A stretch of DNA of 64,000 nucleotides. Origin: a virus. The position numbers and the translations under genes were made by a program. This document shows, piece by piece, positions 50,897-60,754 of the stretch. The DNA lies in IMG/VR virus record IMGVR_UViG_3300042691_010023, positions 3,917 to 67,916 of that record; one strand, written 5' to 3'. Below the pieces are notes generated by a model. The model did no database searches. It was not told the origin of the DNA and saw only the letters and a program-made list of their open reading frames with translations. Positions within the stretch are counted from its first letter, which is position 1. Each line of letters starts with the position of its first letter.

Positions 50897-51312
50897 TGTC
50901 TAAGCATTGGGAAACGAAAATGTTGAAAAACATTTTAAATGAAAAGTATCTTCGCGAAGAAGAAGATGATATGCCCGAAATGACTAAAGAAGATAAAAAG
51001 GCTTTTTTAGAAGCAGTTTCTAATTATCATCGTTTGGGCGAAATGATTTATCGTGCCAACACGTTAAAAGAAGTTGCTAGTACATTAGGCGGTATTGTTG
51101 AAATGGCTGAAAATGTAACATTACAAGAATCAGAACATTGGTTTGATAATGTAACAGTTTCTCGTCATATGAAACAATTGCAAGAGGCTTATAAAGTATT
51201 TGAAAAGACTGCCGGTGAAATGTCAGGTATGCAACAGCGTTTAGAAGCTGCTTATGAAGATATCGGTACAGTACTTAACAAGTATTATAAAGTAAATGAG
51301 GCATTGAAATGA
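50896..51312 (+). CDS. hypothetical head-region protein
   Basis: 138 aa helical, GGAGG upstream. Confidence 0.7.
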   Translation: MSKHWETKMLKNILNEKYLREEEDDMPEMTKEDKKAFLEAVSNYHRLGEMIYRANTLKEVASTLGGIVEMAENVTLQESEHWFDNVTVSRHMKQLQEAYKVFEKTAGEMSGMQQRLEAAYEDIGTVLNKYYKVNEALK

Positions 51313-51545
51313 AAGCAATAGAATTTAAAAAACTAATCCGCGAAGAAGTTCGTAAGGTATTAAAAGAAGCATATCGTAAACCAGATGACAATTTAGATAT
51401 TCTAATTAAACTACTTAAGCGTAAAAAAGTAAACGAGGTAGTAGAATTACTTGAAACAGTTAAAGAGGGATTAGAATTTGATGATTTAGCTACAGCTCTT
51501 GATGAAGCTATAGAAAATCTATTAGACGATGGTGGGCTGGATTAA
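51309..51545 (+). CDS. putative internal head protein (LIREE motif)
   Basis: MKAIEFKKLIREEVRKVLKE. Confidence 0.6.
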   Translation: MKAIEFKKLIREEVRKVLKEAYRKPDDNLDILIKLLKRKKVNEVVELLETVKEGLEFDDLATALDEAIENLLDDGGLD

Positions 51546-51580
51546 GTAAAGACTAATAATATAATTAATTGATATTATTT

Positions 51581-51609
51581 TTGTTTTTGTAAATTAAAGT
51601 TATTATATT
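51581..51609 (+). promoter_or_regulatory. putative host-RNAP promoter of bS21
   Basis: TTGTTT-N17-TATATT with GTTATTATA core like the promoters at 3257 and 22481. Confidence 0.5.
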
Positions 51610-51630
51610 GTATTAAATTAAACAAGTTAT

Positions 51631-51888
51631 ATGAATTACATGAATAAAAAACAAAAACATTTTGAGAGTATCATTCCAGGTACTCCTAATGGTACTCGAG
51701 TAGTGCGTGTAAATGATCGTGCTGATTTATCATTTGCATTGCGTCGTTGGAAGAAGCAATTGAAGGATGGTAAGGTTTTAGAACAATTGAAAGACCGTAC
51801 TTATTTTGAAAAACCTAATGTAACGCGTCATCGACAAAATGAACGTGCATTGTTTTTAGCCCAACGTGCTACTGAACGAAATTCTTAA
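51631..51888 (+). CDS. rpsU: phage-encoded 30S ribosomal protein bS21
   Basis: DLSFALRRWKKQL...VLEQLKDRTYFEKPNVTR matches the bS21 pattern (ALRRFK...R..YEKP); ~20-aa N-terminal extension. Confidence 0.85.
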   Translation: MNYMNKKQKHFESIIPGTPNGTRVVRVNDRADLSFALRRWKKQLKDGKVLEQLKDRTYFEKPNVTRHRQNERALFLAQRATERNS

Positions 51889-51907
51889 ACTAAGAAAAGT
51901 TTAAATG

Positions 51908-51934
51908 AAAAGGTGTCTTTACGGCACCTTTTTT
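51908..51934 (+). terminator. intrinsic terminator after bS21
   Basis: AAAAGGTGTC-tttac-GGCACCTTTTTT hairpin with U-tract. Confidence 0.8.
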
Positions 51935-52084
51935 ACTATCTAAGGATTGTTTTATTTTTCATAGGCATATATATATTTGTTATACGATACTGTATTAGTC
52001 TAATATACAGTCACTCAACAATATTTAATCTATCTATTAAGATTACCAATAATCTTATTTCCGAATTTAATAAGAGGAGAACTC

Positions 52085-52951
52085 ATGAACAATCTGTTAA
52101 AAGAAGCAATCGCAGATGCTAAAGCCGTGCGCGAAACAGCAATGGCGAATGCTAAGATTGCATTAGAAGAGGCATTCACTCCACGTCTTCAAAGTATGTT
52201 ATCTGCTCGTTTAGCTGAAGAGGCTGAAGAGGATACAATGGAAGAAGAAGAGGAAGAAATGGAAATGTCTACTGAAGGCTACGAAAACGACGAAGATGGT
52301 ACACCAGATCCAGGTCCAGCTATCGAAGAAGAAGAGGAAGGATCTGAAGATTTAGATCTTGAATCTATCATTCGTGAATTGGAAGGCGAAATGGAAGAAC
52401 CTACCATGGAAGAAGAGGAAGAAGCTGATGCTGAAGTATCAGTAGAACCTGCCATGGAAGAGGAAGAAGATGTTAACATCGAAGAAATCATTCGTGCACT
52501 TCGTGAAGAAGATGATGAAACCGAAGAAGAGCCAGTAACTGAAGGTGAAGATGAAGATGAAGACCCAGTAGCCGAAGGCGAAGAGGAATCAGAAGATCTT
52601 AAAGAAGCTTATCGTGTTATTCGCTTTATGAAGTCTAAGCTCAACGAAGTAAACCTTCTAAATGCAAAATTGTTATTTTCAAACAAATTATTTAGAAACT
52701 ATTCTTTAAATGAATCACAAAAGATGAAAGTTATTGAAAACTTTGATCGTGCCGCTTCAATCCGTGAAGTAAAATTAGTTTATAGCACTTTATGTGAATC
52801 ATTTGGTAGCGTAGTCGCTAAGAAAAAACAACAAATTAAAGAAAGCTATGCTTCAAAGCCTGCCGGCAAATCTACAGCTCCTAAGAAAGAAATTCTTAGC
52901 GAAGGATTTGAATTGGCAGCTCGTTGGAAGAAATTAGCTAATCTTAAGTAA
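52085..52951 (+). CDS. prohead core scaffolding protein (gp22-like)
   Basis: Very acidic EEE-rich middle, immediately upstream of the MCP, AGGAG SD. Confidence 0.85.
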   Translation: MNNLLKEAIADAKAVRETAMANAKIALEEAFTPRLQSMLSARLAEEAEEDTMEEEEEEMEMSTEGYENDEDGTPDPGPAIEEEEEGSEDLDLESIIRELEGEMEEPTMEEEEEADAEVSVEPAMEEEEDVNIEEIIRALREEDDETEEEPVTEGEDEDEDPVAEGEEESEDLKEAYRVIRFMKSKLNEVNLLNAKLLFSNKLFRNYSLNESQKMKVIENFDRAASIREVKLVYSTLCESFGSVVAKKKQQIKESYASKPAGKSTAPKKEILSEGFELAARWKKLANLK

Positions 52952-52972
52952 AAAAAACAAAGAGGAATCAAA

Positions 52973-54682
52973 ATGAATTTAAATTCTTTATTACCTCATG
53001 AAGCACAAGCTACCCAGCATTCAGCAGCTTTAGCCCTTGAAAAGAAGTGGCAGAAGACTGGTTTGTTGGAAGGCATTGCTAATGAGAATGACCGTCGTGG
53101 TATGGCCGTACTTTTGGAAAACCAAGCAAAACAATTGGTAACAGAAGCTAACGCTACTACACAAAACCAAGCTAACGCTGAGCAATGGGCTGGCGTAGCT
53201 TTACCATTGGTACGTCGTATCTTTGCAGAAATTGCTGCTAAAGATTTTGTTAGCGTTCAACCAATGAATCTTCCATCAGGACTCGTGTTCTTCTTGGATT
53301 TCAAATATGGTACTGCACAAGGTACCAATGGTTTTGGTAATTCAACCGGTAATGACTTTTTAACTGGTCAAGGCCGTACATCTCAGAATGATTCTGTGTT
53401 CGGTGTTACTGATGCAGATCGTGGTACTAGTGCTCCTAGCGAAGGTCTTTACGGCGCTGGTCGTTTTGGTTATACCATTAACGACGTTAATGCTGTATTA
53501 CCTGCCGCAGATTTTAATACTGGATCATATAATCCATTTACCAATACATTTGCTCAATTGAGTAGGAATTTGAACGGTGCAGAGTTAGATATATTTACTA
53601 ATTTTAATTCTGAATTTTCTGCATCTGCAGCGGTTGGGTTGAAAACATTCCAAGTACTTCAAGTAGCTACTGGATCAGCTACTGGTTTATCTAATGCAGA
53701 TTTAAAAGGCGTACGTGCATTTAACGTATCAGGTTCTGGATTTACTACCATGTACCCAGAATTTACTACGACAAAAGGCGCTTATATTTACTTCTTAGTA
53801 GAAACTAATGCAGCTACTCCAGTAATTCCAGTTGCAGCTAACTCAGTAGAAGTTGTTTACCATAAGCAGCCAAATGATCAAACTCGTGGTGACTTTGAAG
53901 ATAATGATGGCTCATCTACTGCATTAAGCATTCCAGAAATTAATTTGGAACTTCGTAGTGAAGCTATTGTTGCTAAGACACGTAAGTTAAAGGCAGTATG
54001 GAGTCCTGAATTTGCACAAGATCTTAATGCTTATCATAGCATTGACGCTGAAGCAGAATTAACTAGCATGTTGTCAGAATACATTTCACAAGAAATTGAT
54101 CTTGAAATCTTAGACATGTTGATTCAAAACGCACAAACGACCGAGCGTTGGTCTGCACAAATTGGGTATGTTTTTGATCCGTCAACTAACACATTTATCA
54201 ACGGTGCAGCTGCAGGTCAAGCTTATAATCAAGGTACTTGGTTCCAAACTCTTGGAACTAAAATCCAAAAAGTGAGCAATAAGATTCACCAATTGACTAT
54301 GCGCGGTGGAGCAAACTTCTTAGTATGTTCTCCATCTGTAGCAACTATCCTCGAATCTATTCCAGGATATGCTGCTGATACAGACGGTGATAAGATGCAG
54401 TTTGCGATGGGCGTACAGAAGATTGGCGCTATTAATAGCCGCTTCCAAGTATATAAGAATCCATACATGACTGAAAATACAATCTTGATGGGTTATCGTG
54501 GTAGCCAGTTCTTGGAAACAGGTGCAGTATATGCTCCTTATGTTCCATTGATCATGACACCATTAGTGTACGATCCGACTAACTTCACTCCACGTAAGGG
54601 TGTAATGACTCGTTACGCGAAGAAAATGTTACGTCCTGAATTCTATGGTAAAGTATATGTACACGCTCTCAACCGTGTATAA
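52973..54682 (+). CDS. major capsid protein (T4 gp23-like)
   Basis: LLENQ, PLVRR, VSVQPM..PSGLVF, AKTRKLKA.WS.E.AQDL.A.H.IDAEAEL, YAPYVPL, F.P..G.MTRY. Confidence 0.97.
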   Translation: MNLNSLLPHEAQATQHSAALALEKKWQKTGLLEGIANENDRRGMAVLLENQAKQLVTEANATTQNQANAEQWAGVALPLVRRIFAEIAAKDFVSVQPMNLPSGLVFFLDFKYGTAQGTNGFGNSTGNDFLTGQGRTSQNDSVFGVTDADRGTSAPSEGLYGAGRFGYTINDVNAVLPAADFNTGSYNPFTNTFAQLSRNLNGAELDIFTNFNSEFSASAAVGLKTFQVLQVATGSATGLSNADLKGVRAFNVSGSGFTTMYPEFTTTKGAYIYFLVETNAATPVIPVAANSVEVVYHKQPNDQTRGDFEDNDGSSTALSIPEINLELRSEAIVAKTRKLKAVWSPEFAQDLNAYHSIDAEAELTSMLSEYISQEIDLEILDMLIQNAQTTERWSAQIGYVFDPSTNTFINGAAAGQAYNQGTWFQTLGTKIQKVSNKIHQLTMRGGANFLVCSPSVATILESIPGYAADTDGDKMQFAMGVQKIGAINSRFQVYKNPYMTENTILMGYRGSQFLETGAVYAPYVPLIMTPLVYDPTNFTPRKGVMTRYAKKMLRPEFYGKVYVHALNRV

Positions 54683-54707
54683 TCTTAACTAAATACTATT
54701 AAAAGAG

Positions 54708-54732
54708 GGGAGACTTAGGTCTCCCTTTTTTT
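54708..54732 (+). terminator. intrinsic terminator after major capsid gene
   Basis: GGGAGAC-ttag-GTCTCCC-TTTTTTT. Confidence 0.9.
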
Positions 54733-54775
54733 ATATCTCAAGCTACGTAGATATTTATATTAAATAGGATAACGT

Positions 54776-55441
54776 ATGCCAAGAGAGAACATCGACCGTA
54801 ATCCTCCTAAAACTGATATTAAATTTTCTGTTACATTGTCTAACGAACAGAAAGCAGCAAAGGAGCTCATTCTTCAAACACCTATTAATTTTATTATAGG
54901 TAAAGCCGGATCTGGCAAAACAATGTTAGCTGTACAAATTGCACTGGACATGTTTTTTAAACGCACTGTCAATAAAATAGTTATAACAAGGCCAACTGTA
55001 TCAACTGAAGATAACGGATTTTTACCGGGTACAGAAAAAGAAAAAATGGAGCCATGGTTAGTACCAATACGTAGTAATATGCGTAAAGTATATAACAAAC
55101 CAGACTTATTACAAAAATTAGAAACGGAAGATAGTATTGAATGGGTATCATTAACTCACTTTCGTGGACGTACATTTGAAAATGCAGTATGTGTTATAGA
55201 CGAATTTCAGAATTTAACTAAACAACAATTGCATATGTGTTTGGGAAGATTAGGGGTTAATTCTACTTTGATATTTACAGGTGATAGTCAACAAATTGAT
55301 TTGAAATATAAAAATGATTCGGCATTTCACGAAATTCCTAAAATAGAAAAGTCTAAGTATGTAAATAAAATTATACTGCTTGATAATCATAGACATGCAG
55401 CGCTTGACGAAATATTTAAAATGTTAAGTGAATATAGTTGA
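54776..55441 (+). CDS. phoH: PhoH-family ATPase
   Basis: GKAGSGKT, ITRP, GFLPG..EKMEPW, FRGRTF, IDEFQN, GRLG, TGDSQQIDL. Confidence 0.93.
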   Translation: MPRENIDRNPPKTDIKFSVTLSNEQKAAKELILQTPINFIIGKAGSGKTMLAVQIALDMFFKRTVNKIVITRPTVSTEDNGFLPGTEKEKMEPWLVPIRSNMRKVYNKPDLLQKLETEDSIEWVSLTHFRGRTFENAVCVIDEFQNLTKQQLHMCLGRLGVNSTLIFTGDSQQIDLKYKNDSAFHEIPKIEKSKYVNKIILLDNHRHAALDEIFKMLSEYS

Positions 55442-55474
55442 TATTTATAAAAAAAGATTTTTTAAAGGAGCATT

Positions 55475-55855
55475 ATGCCAGCTGGTAAATATTCATTTGT
55501 AATGGATCAAGGTTCAACTGTGAGTTTTGAAATTCAGTACAAAGACTCTGCCGGAACGCCTATAGATCTTAGTGGATATGGCGCTAGAATGCAAGTTCGT
55601 AGTGACTATAATTCTAATACCATACTAATGACTTTGAGTAGTTCCTTGTTGCCAGACGGTACTGGATTAAATATGAGCGGCTCAGCTGGAGATAAACCGT
55701 TAACTAGCGGAAGTATAGGAATTTATATATCAGCAACTACATCGTCATTAATGACGTTTGATAGAGCCTTATACGATTTAGAAATACATTCTGGTAGTTA
55801 TGTATCGCGTATTTTACAAGGACAAATTAAACTGAGTAAAGAGATCACTCGCTAA
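55475..55855 (+). CDS. virion structural protein (fibre-anchor-like beta domain)
   Basis: QGSTV..PIDLSGYGARMQVR...YDLEI...RILQG. Confidence 0.6.
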   Translation: MPAGKYSFVMDQGSTVSFEIQYKDSAGTPIDLSGYGARMQVRSDYNSNTILMTLSSSLLPDGTGLNMSGSAGDKPLTSGSIGIYISATTSSLMTFDRALYDLEIHSGSYVSRILQGQIKLSKEITR

Positions 55856-57165
55856 TGTCTAACGTTAATATTACAAATACTAATAATACAGTACAGCCGA
55901 CGATTATTTTAAATACAGTATCGGTTGTGACTAGCGAAACACAAGTCGATGTTACTAATCCAGTTACTAACGTTGTTGAAGTTATACATATAGGACCGCA
56001 AGGAACACAAGGCATACAAGGCATACAAGGCGAAACGGGTTTAACTATAACAGATTTATTTGTATATCGCGGTAGCAACACATGGAGTACTACCGGTAGT
56101 TTACAAATATCGTCTAGTTTAATAATTTCACAGAGTGTAACAGGATTGTCTGGATTCACTGGGAGCTTATTAGGAACCGCTAGTTGGGCACATAGTGCTT
56201 CTCAAGCTATATCATCTTCTCATTATGCTGAGACAGATCCTATCTTTGTAGCAAAGTCTGCTAGTCTAGCAACAACGGGTTCAAATACATTTAGAGGGAC
56301 TCAAATAATTTCAGGATCAGGGCAAACTACTATATTACAAGTACACGCTGCTAATTCTGAGCCATGGGCGTTTGGAATATATAACGATTCATATAGCTCA
56401 ACAACACAAGGATTAGCTGGTTGGATAGATGTTACTGGTGAAGCAAATATAGGAACGGAAGTAGACAAACCGATTCGAATTTATACAAGTGCTAGTTATA
56501 ATAATCCAACGCTAATAATATCAAGTTCAGGCGTGACAGTTGGAGCCGGAGGTATAACAGGGTCTTTATTTGGTACTGCAAGTTGGGCACGTAATGCAGT
56601 AACAGCCTCTTATATTCTAAGTAGCAATGTTAGTGGACCTAATGGATTTGATAGCGTAAACTACGCCTCAAGCGCAGGAAGTGCTGATGCCGTAGCAAAT
56701 CCATTAACACAGGATCTGCAGATTAGAGGACTCCTATCTAATCAAATTTTAGTATCAGATCTAGAAAATATTGTAAGTACAGTAACAACATCTACTGGTA
56801 ATGTAATAAACGGGACGCTTGGCAACGGACTTTCCATAGGTAGTTTATGTTATTTAGATTATAATACCCCAGCCTGGGAGTTAGTAGATCAAACTACTAA
56901 CAGTGCTACCAAGTTGTTAGCAATTTGCACTGATACCGATACTGGATATTTTTTACTAGACGGAAAAATCACATTAGATAGCAGTTATGTCGGAGGAACT
57001 TTGCAAGTAGGTGCTCCAATATACCTCAGCGGTAGTGGTCAGTTTACAGCAAATGTAGCTAGCCTAACTACAGGATATGTGAGATTAGTCGGTCATCTCT
57101 TACATAGAAGCGGCGCTAATTACATATTAAACTTTAGACCAGATCACACTTGGATCGAGTTATAA
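55855..57165 (+). CDS. fibre-like protein with short collagen stretch
   Basis: GPQGTQGIQGIQGE; TGSLxGTASWA modules shared with the giant fibre. Confidence 0.7.
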   Translation: MSNVNITNTNNTVQPTIILNTVSVVTSETQVDVTNPVTNVVEVIHIGPQGTQGIQGIQGETGLTITDLFVYRGSNTWSTTGSLQISSSLIISQSVTGLSGFTGSLLGTASWAHSASQAISSSHYAETDPIFVAKSASLATTGSNTFRGTQIISGSGQTTILQVHAANSEPWAFGIYNDSYSSTTQGLAGWIDVTGEANIGTEVDKPIRIYTSASYNNPTLIISSSGVTVGAGGITGSLFGTASWARNAVTASYILSSNVSGPNGFDSVNYASSAGSADAVANPLTQDLQIRGLLSNQILVSDLENIVSTVTTSTGNVINGTLGNGLSIGSLCYLDYNTPAWELVDQTTNSATKLLAICTDTDTGYFLLDGKITLDSSYVGGTLQVGAPIYLSGSGQFTANVASLTTGYVRLVGHLLHRSGANYILNFRPDHTWIEL

Positions 57166-57171
57166 TAAAAT

Positions 57172-57837
57172 ATGCCAAGCCCAATAACAGTATATGCAGA
57201 CACAGTCAATCACTATATAGCAGGTGGTATAGGATTAACATGGTCACAGATAAGGGATGGAGATAGTTCTGTTGTTACAGGTGTAGGAGTAAATCCTACT
57301 ACAGCACGACATTTTGTTATTGATAATGGACTCACTTATGAGTTTATGCGAACATACATACAGTTTGACCTTAGGAGCATTACAGATCCAATAACATCTA
57401 TGCAATTGTATGTAAATGGAGTTAGTGGCTTTACACCAGGTAACACTACCTATGTAGCTTATGCGGGAAATAAAAGTACACTAAGTAATAGTAGTAGTGA
57501 CTATAATCTCTACATAACAGCAACAGCTGGTGGCCCGGAGTTATCGACAATAACAATTCAACCAGAGATCTTCAAATCCTGCTTATTAGATATAACAACC
57601 TACCCACCTAGAGACCCACTTGATTATTATAAAATTGCACTAGTTAGCCAACCAGACTTTCAAAACACCGTGGATGGCACTAGTGGGCAGACCCGAATAC
57701 ACAACAGCTCAGGAAAAATTCCATACCTTATTATAAATGGTGGGTATCCAAATGACGTTAATGGTGTAACAGGAACTTCTATGATAAAAGTATCGGGTGT
57801 AGCAAGTGCTGATATAACAAATATAATGGGCATTTAA
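57172..57837 (+). CDS. hypothetical fibre-associated protein
   Basis: 221 aa beta-rich (RTYIQFDL...PYLII). Confidence 0.55.
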   Translation: MPSPITVYADTVNHYIAGGIGLTWSQIRDGDSSVVTGVGVNPTTARHFVIDNGLTYEFMRTYIQFDLRSITDPITSMQLYVNGVSGFTPGNTTYVAYAGNKSTLSNSSSDYNLYITATAGGPELSTITIQPEIFKSCLLDITTYPPRDPLDYYKIALVSQPDFQNTVDGTSGQTRIHNSSGKIPYLIINGGYPNDVNGVTGTSMIKVSGVASADITNIMGI

Positions 57838-57879
57838 TATTTAATATCATGTGTTGAGATATTTATAATAAAGGCAGTC

Positions 57880-59046
57880 ATGGCAACTAATATTCCTATA
57901 TGGCCTGGTAGTTCGTCATTTTATCCGGGCGAAACGCCATTCGGTTTTTACGATAATGATTACGAATTTCAGACTGATACTGATAAAGTAGCTGATTGGT
58001 GCGCTAAACGTTTAGGTTTTCCGATAACAGATATCGAAATGCAAGACATTCAGTTTTATGCTTGTTTTGAAGAAGCTGTTACTGAATATGGAGCACAACT
58101 TAATGCATATAACATACGTGACAATATGCTTAATTTGTATGGCGGTAGTACTGGATCTAATTTAACTGGTAAAACTGTTAATCCAAACCATGGCGGATTG
58201 ATTACATTAGCGTCAGCTTATGGTACAGAAGCTGGCTCAGGCGGAAATGTAAAATTTTATACCGGCAGTGTTGCAATGTCTAACGGCAAACAAATTTACG
58301 ATCTAACTGATAGTAATGTTGTTAAGTTAGAAAACGGTGTAGCTGGTATTGATGCTATAGAAATTAAAAGAATATATCATGAAGCTCCTCCTGCCTTAGT
58401 ACGTTTCTTTGACCCATTTATAGGATCGGGTATAGGTACTCAACAAATGTTAGATTCATTTGGATTTGGGAGTTATTCCCCCGGTGTATCTTTTATGATG
58501 ATGCCTATATATGCTGATATACTTCGTTTACAAGCAATTGAGTTTAATGATGTAGTACGTAGATCTGCATATTCATTTGAATTAAGTAAGGACCGACTAC
58601 GTATATTTCCTATACCAGACGGACAAAATATAAAGAAAGTATATTTTGATTATATACTTAAAACTGATCGTTATACAGGTCCTGGAATAATAGGTACTGG
58701 TACTATATCAGATTATTCAAATGTACCGTACGAAAATGTTATATACGAAAATATTAACAGTGTCGGTCGTAGATGGATTTTTAGATACACACTAGCGCTA
58801 GCAAAAGAATTGTTAGGATATATACGTAGTAAATATTCAGCAATACCTATACCTAATGCTGAAATAACATTGAACGGTGCAGATTTAGTAAGTAACGGAC
58901 AAGCTGAAAAAGAAGCTTTGTTAACAGAACTTAAAGAAATTTTAGATAGTATGTCTAGACAAGCACAATTGGAACGCAAGCAAGCGGAAGCTGATGCTAT
59001 GCAATCGCAATTAAATAAAATGCCGTTAAAAATATACGTAGGATAA
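57880..59046 (+). CDS. neck protein (gp13-like head-tail adaptor)
   Basis: RLGFPITDIE, YTLALAKELLG..RSKY, ITLNGADL. Confidence 0.8.
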   Translation: MATNIPIWPGSSSFYPGETPFGFYDNDYEFQTDTDKVADWCAKRLGFPITDIEMQDIQFYACFEEAVTEYGAQLNAYNIRDNMLNLYGGSTGSNLTGKTVNPNHGGLITLASAYGTEAGSGGNVKFYTGSVAMSNGKQIYDLTDSNVVKLENGVAGIDAIEIKRIYHEAPPALVRFFDPFIGSGIGTQQMLDSFGFGSYSPGVSFMMMPIYADILRLQAIEFNDVVRRSAYSFELSKDRLRIFPIPDGQNIKKVYFDYILKTDRYTGPGIIGTGTISDYSNVPYENVIYENINSVGRRWIFRYTLALAKELLGYIRSKYSAIPIPNAEITLNGADLVSNGQAEKEALLTELKEILDSMSRQAQLERKQAEADAMQSQLNKMPLKIYVG

Positions 59047-59048
59047 TT

Positions 59049-59588
59049 ATGGCACTATTTGGGGGGTCTCGAGACGTTAGTTTAATCAAGTCGCTTAATC
59101 GCGAAATTATCAATCGATTTATTGATATCGAGATTGCCTTGTTTAAACTAAACCTACAAATAACAGGTCAAAACATTTACGGCGAATCTAACAATAAAAC
59201 ATATTATCAGCCCGTACGTATTCATTGCCTAGTGTCACGTGAAGACCGTACAATCGTAGGTGATGATTTTGGATTAGATACAGCACGTACTAGTATATTT
59301 TCATTTTTTAAACCTGACTTAGAAGCGCGTAATATATTTGTCGATGTAGGAGATATTATAGAACATGATCGTAGTATGTACCAGGTAGATAATATTACTT
59401 ATGCCCAGGAATATTTTGCAGGTCGAGATGAAGCTACTGATTTAGGATATGTATTAGGCGAACGTGGCTCATATGGTTTAGATTTATCTATAGTAGTCGA
59501 AGCCCATATAACTAGACATACTTCATTAAATTTAGAACCCGTACGGTCCGGATTGAATCGTCCTAGTCAATTACCGAGGAACTTATAA
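59049..59588 (+). CDS. neck protein (gp14-like head closure)
   Basis: NIYGES, VGDIIE; synteny with gp13 and gp15. Confidence 0.7.
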   Translation: MALFGGSRDVSLIKSLNREIINRFIDIEIALFKLNLQITGQNIYGESNNKTYYQPVRIHCLVSREDRTIVGDDFGLDTARTSIFSFFKPDLEARNIFVDVGDIIEHDRSMYQVDNITYAQEYFAGRDEATDLGYVLGERGSYGLDLSIVVEAHITRHTSLNLEPVRSGLNRPSQLPRNL

Positions 59589-60454
59589 TGGCAAAACCAC
59601 AATTGAATAAAACATATAGTACGTACTCTACTAATCCAGGCATAGACCGTAGTACACAAATACGTCGCGATGATGATACTGTAAAAACACCTAGTTGTAC
59701 AATTTACGATATCGATAATGCTATCATGTCATATCTTAGTGAAGTGATACGTCCAGAGATTGTAGATAATAATGCTATGGTTACTGTGCCAATAGTATAC
59801 GCAAATGCAGAAAAATGGGCACAGATACAAGCTAAAGGTTATATGTACGATCATAACGATCGTTTAATGACCCCATTAATATCTGTTAAACGCAATACAA
59901 TAACTGAACGTGATACTATGCGTAAATTAGATGTTAATTGGAGTCCGGAAGTAGATAATGATTTTGCTAGAAATACATTGACATTTGAAAGTCGATATTC
60001 TAAAAATAATCGTTATGATCGTTTTTCAGTTTTACAAGGTACACGACCTAAACGAGAAATATACGTATCTAGTATACCAGAGTTTGTAGATGTAACATAT
60101 GATATTTACATATGGACAGAATATACAGAACAATTAAATAGTATTGTGGAGCAAATAATGCCAACTGGGGGATTTGCCTGGGGTACTACATGGAAATTTA
60201 TTACTTCTATTCAAGACTATTCATTTGAAACTGTTTCAACTCCTGGCGAAGATCGTATCATAAGAGCCACAATGCCTATTAATGTTAAAGGTACGTTATT
60301 AATGCCGTATGAATTACGTAGATCTACTTTACAAAAACGATACTCAACAAAACGCGTTTCATTCGGTTCCGAAACAGAATCATTTAACGCTGATCCAGAT
60401 AATCCACCGTCAGATGGATTTACTACTAATGACGGATTTCGTCCGTTATTGTAA
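59588..60454 (+). CDS. tail terminator / sheath stabiliser (gp15-like)
   Basis: VPIVYANAEKW, TPLISV, QLNSIVEQI; synteny. Confidence 0.75.
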   Translation: MAKPQLNKTYSTYSTNPGIDRSTQIRRDDDTVKTPSCTIYDIDNAIMSYLSEVIRPEIVDNNAMVTVPIVYANAEKWAQIQAKGYMYDHNDRLMTPLISVKRNTITERDTMRKLDVNWSPEVDNDFARNTLTFESRYSKNNRYDRFSVLQGTRPKREIYVSSIPEFVDVTYDIYIWTEYTEQLNSIVEQIMPTGGFAWGTTWKFITSIQDYSFETVSTPGEDRIIRATMPINVKGTLLMPYELRRSTLQKRYSTKRVSFGSETESFNADPDNPPSDGFTTNDGFRPLL

Positions 60455-60478
60455 CATATTTATAACAAAGGAAAAGTT

Positions 60479-60754
60479 ATGTCAACAGAAATTAAGTTTA
60501 CACAAGAAGAATTAGATCAGATCAAACAATTACGTGATACGACAAATCGTATTATTTATCAATTCGGTGAAATTGATTTAGAATTACATTTAATGCATCA
60601 ACGTACGGAAGAACTTCAGAAACTTCGTACGGAGTTACATACAGAATATCAAAATCAATCCGGTACGGAACGTGCATTGGTTGAAGAATTAAATAAAAAA
60701 TACGGTGCTGGCCAGGTAGATATTGAAAGCGGTATATTTATACCTAATTCATAA
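60479..60754 (+). CDS. small coiled-coil protein
   Basis: 91 aa, KYGAGQVDIESG C-terminus. Confidence 0.65.
   Translation: MSTEIKFTQEELDQIKQLRDTTNRIIYQFGEIDLELHLMHQRTEELQKLRTELHTEYQNQSGTERALVEELNKKYGAGQVDIESGIFIPNS

Noticed and set aside
51913-52122. 69-aa ORF between bS21 and scaffold
   Set aside because: GTG start lies inside the terminator hairpin, composition is unprotein-like, and it overlaps the scaffold start.
43275-54682. Introns or inteins in terminase, portal or capsid
   Set aside because: ORFs are continuous, of expected size, and lack intein or homing-endonuclease motifs.
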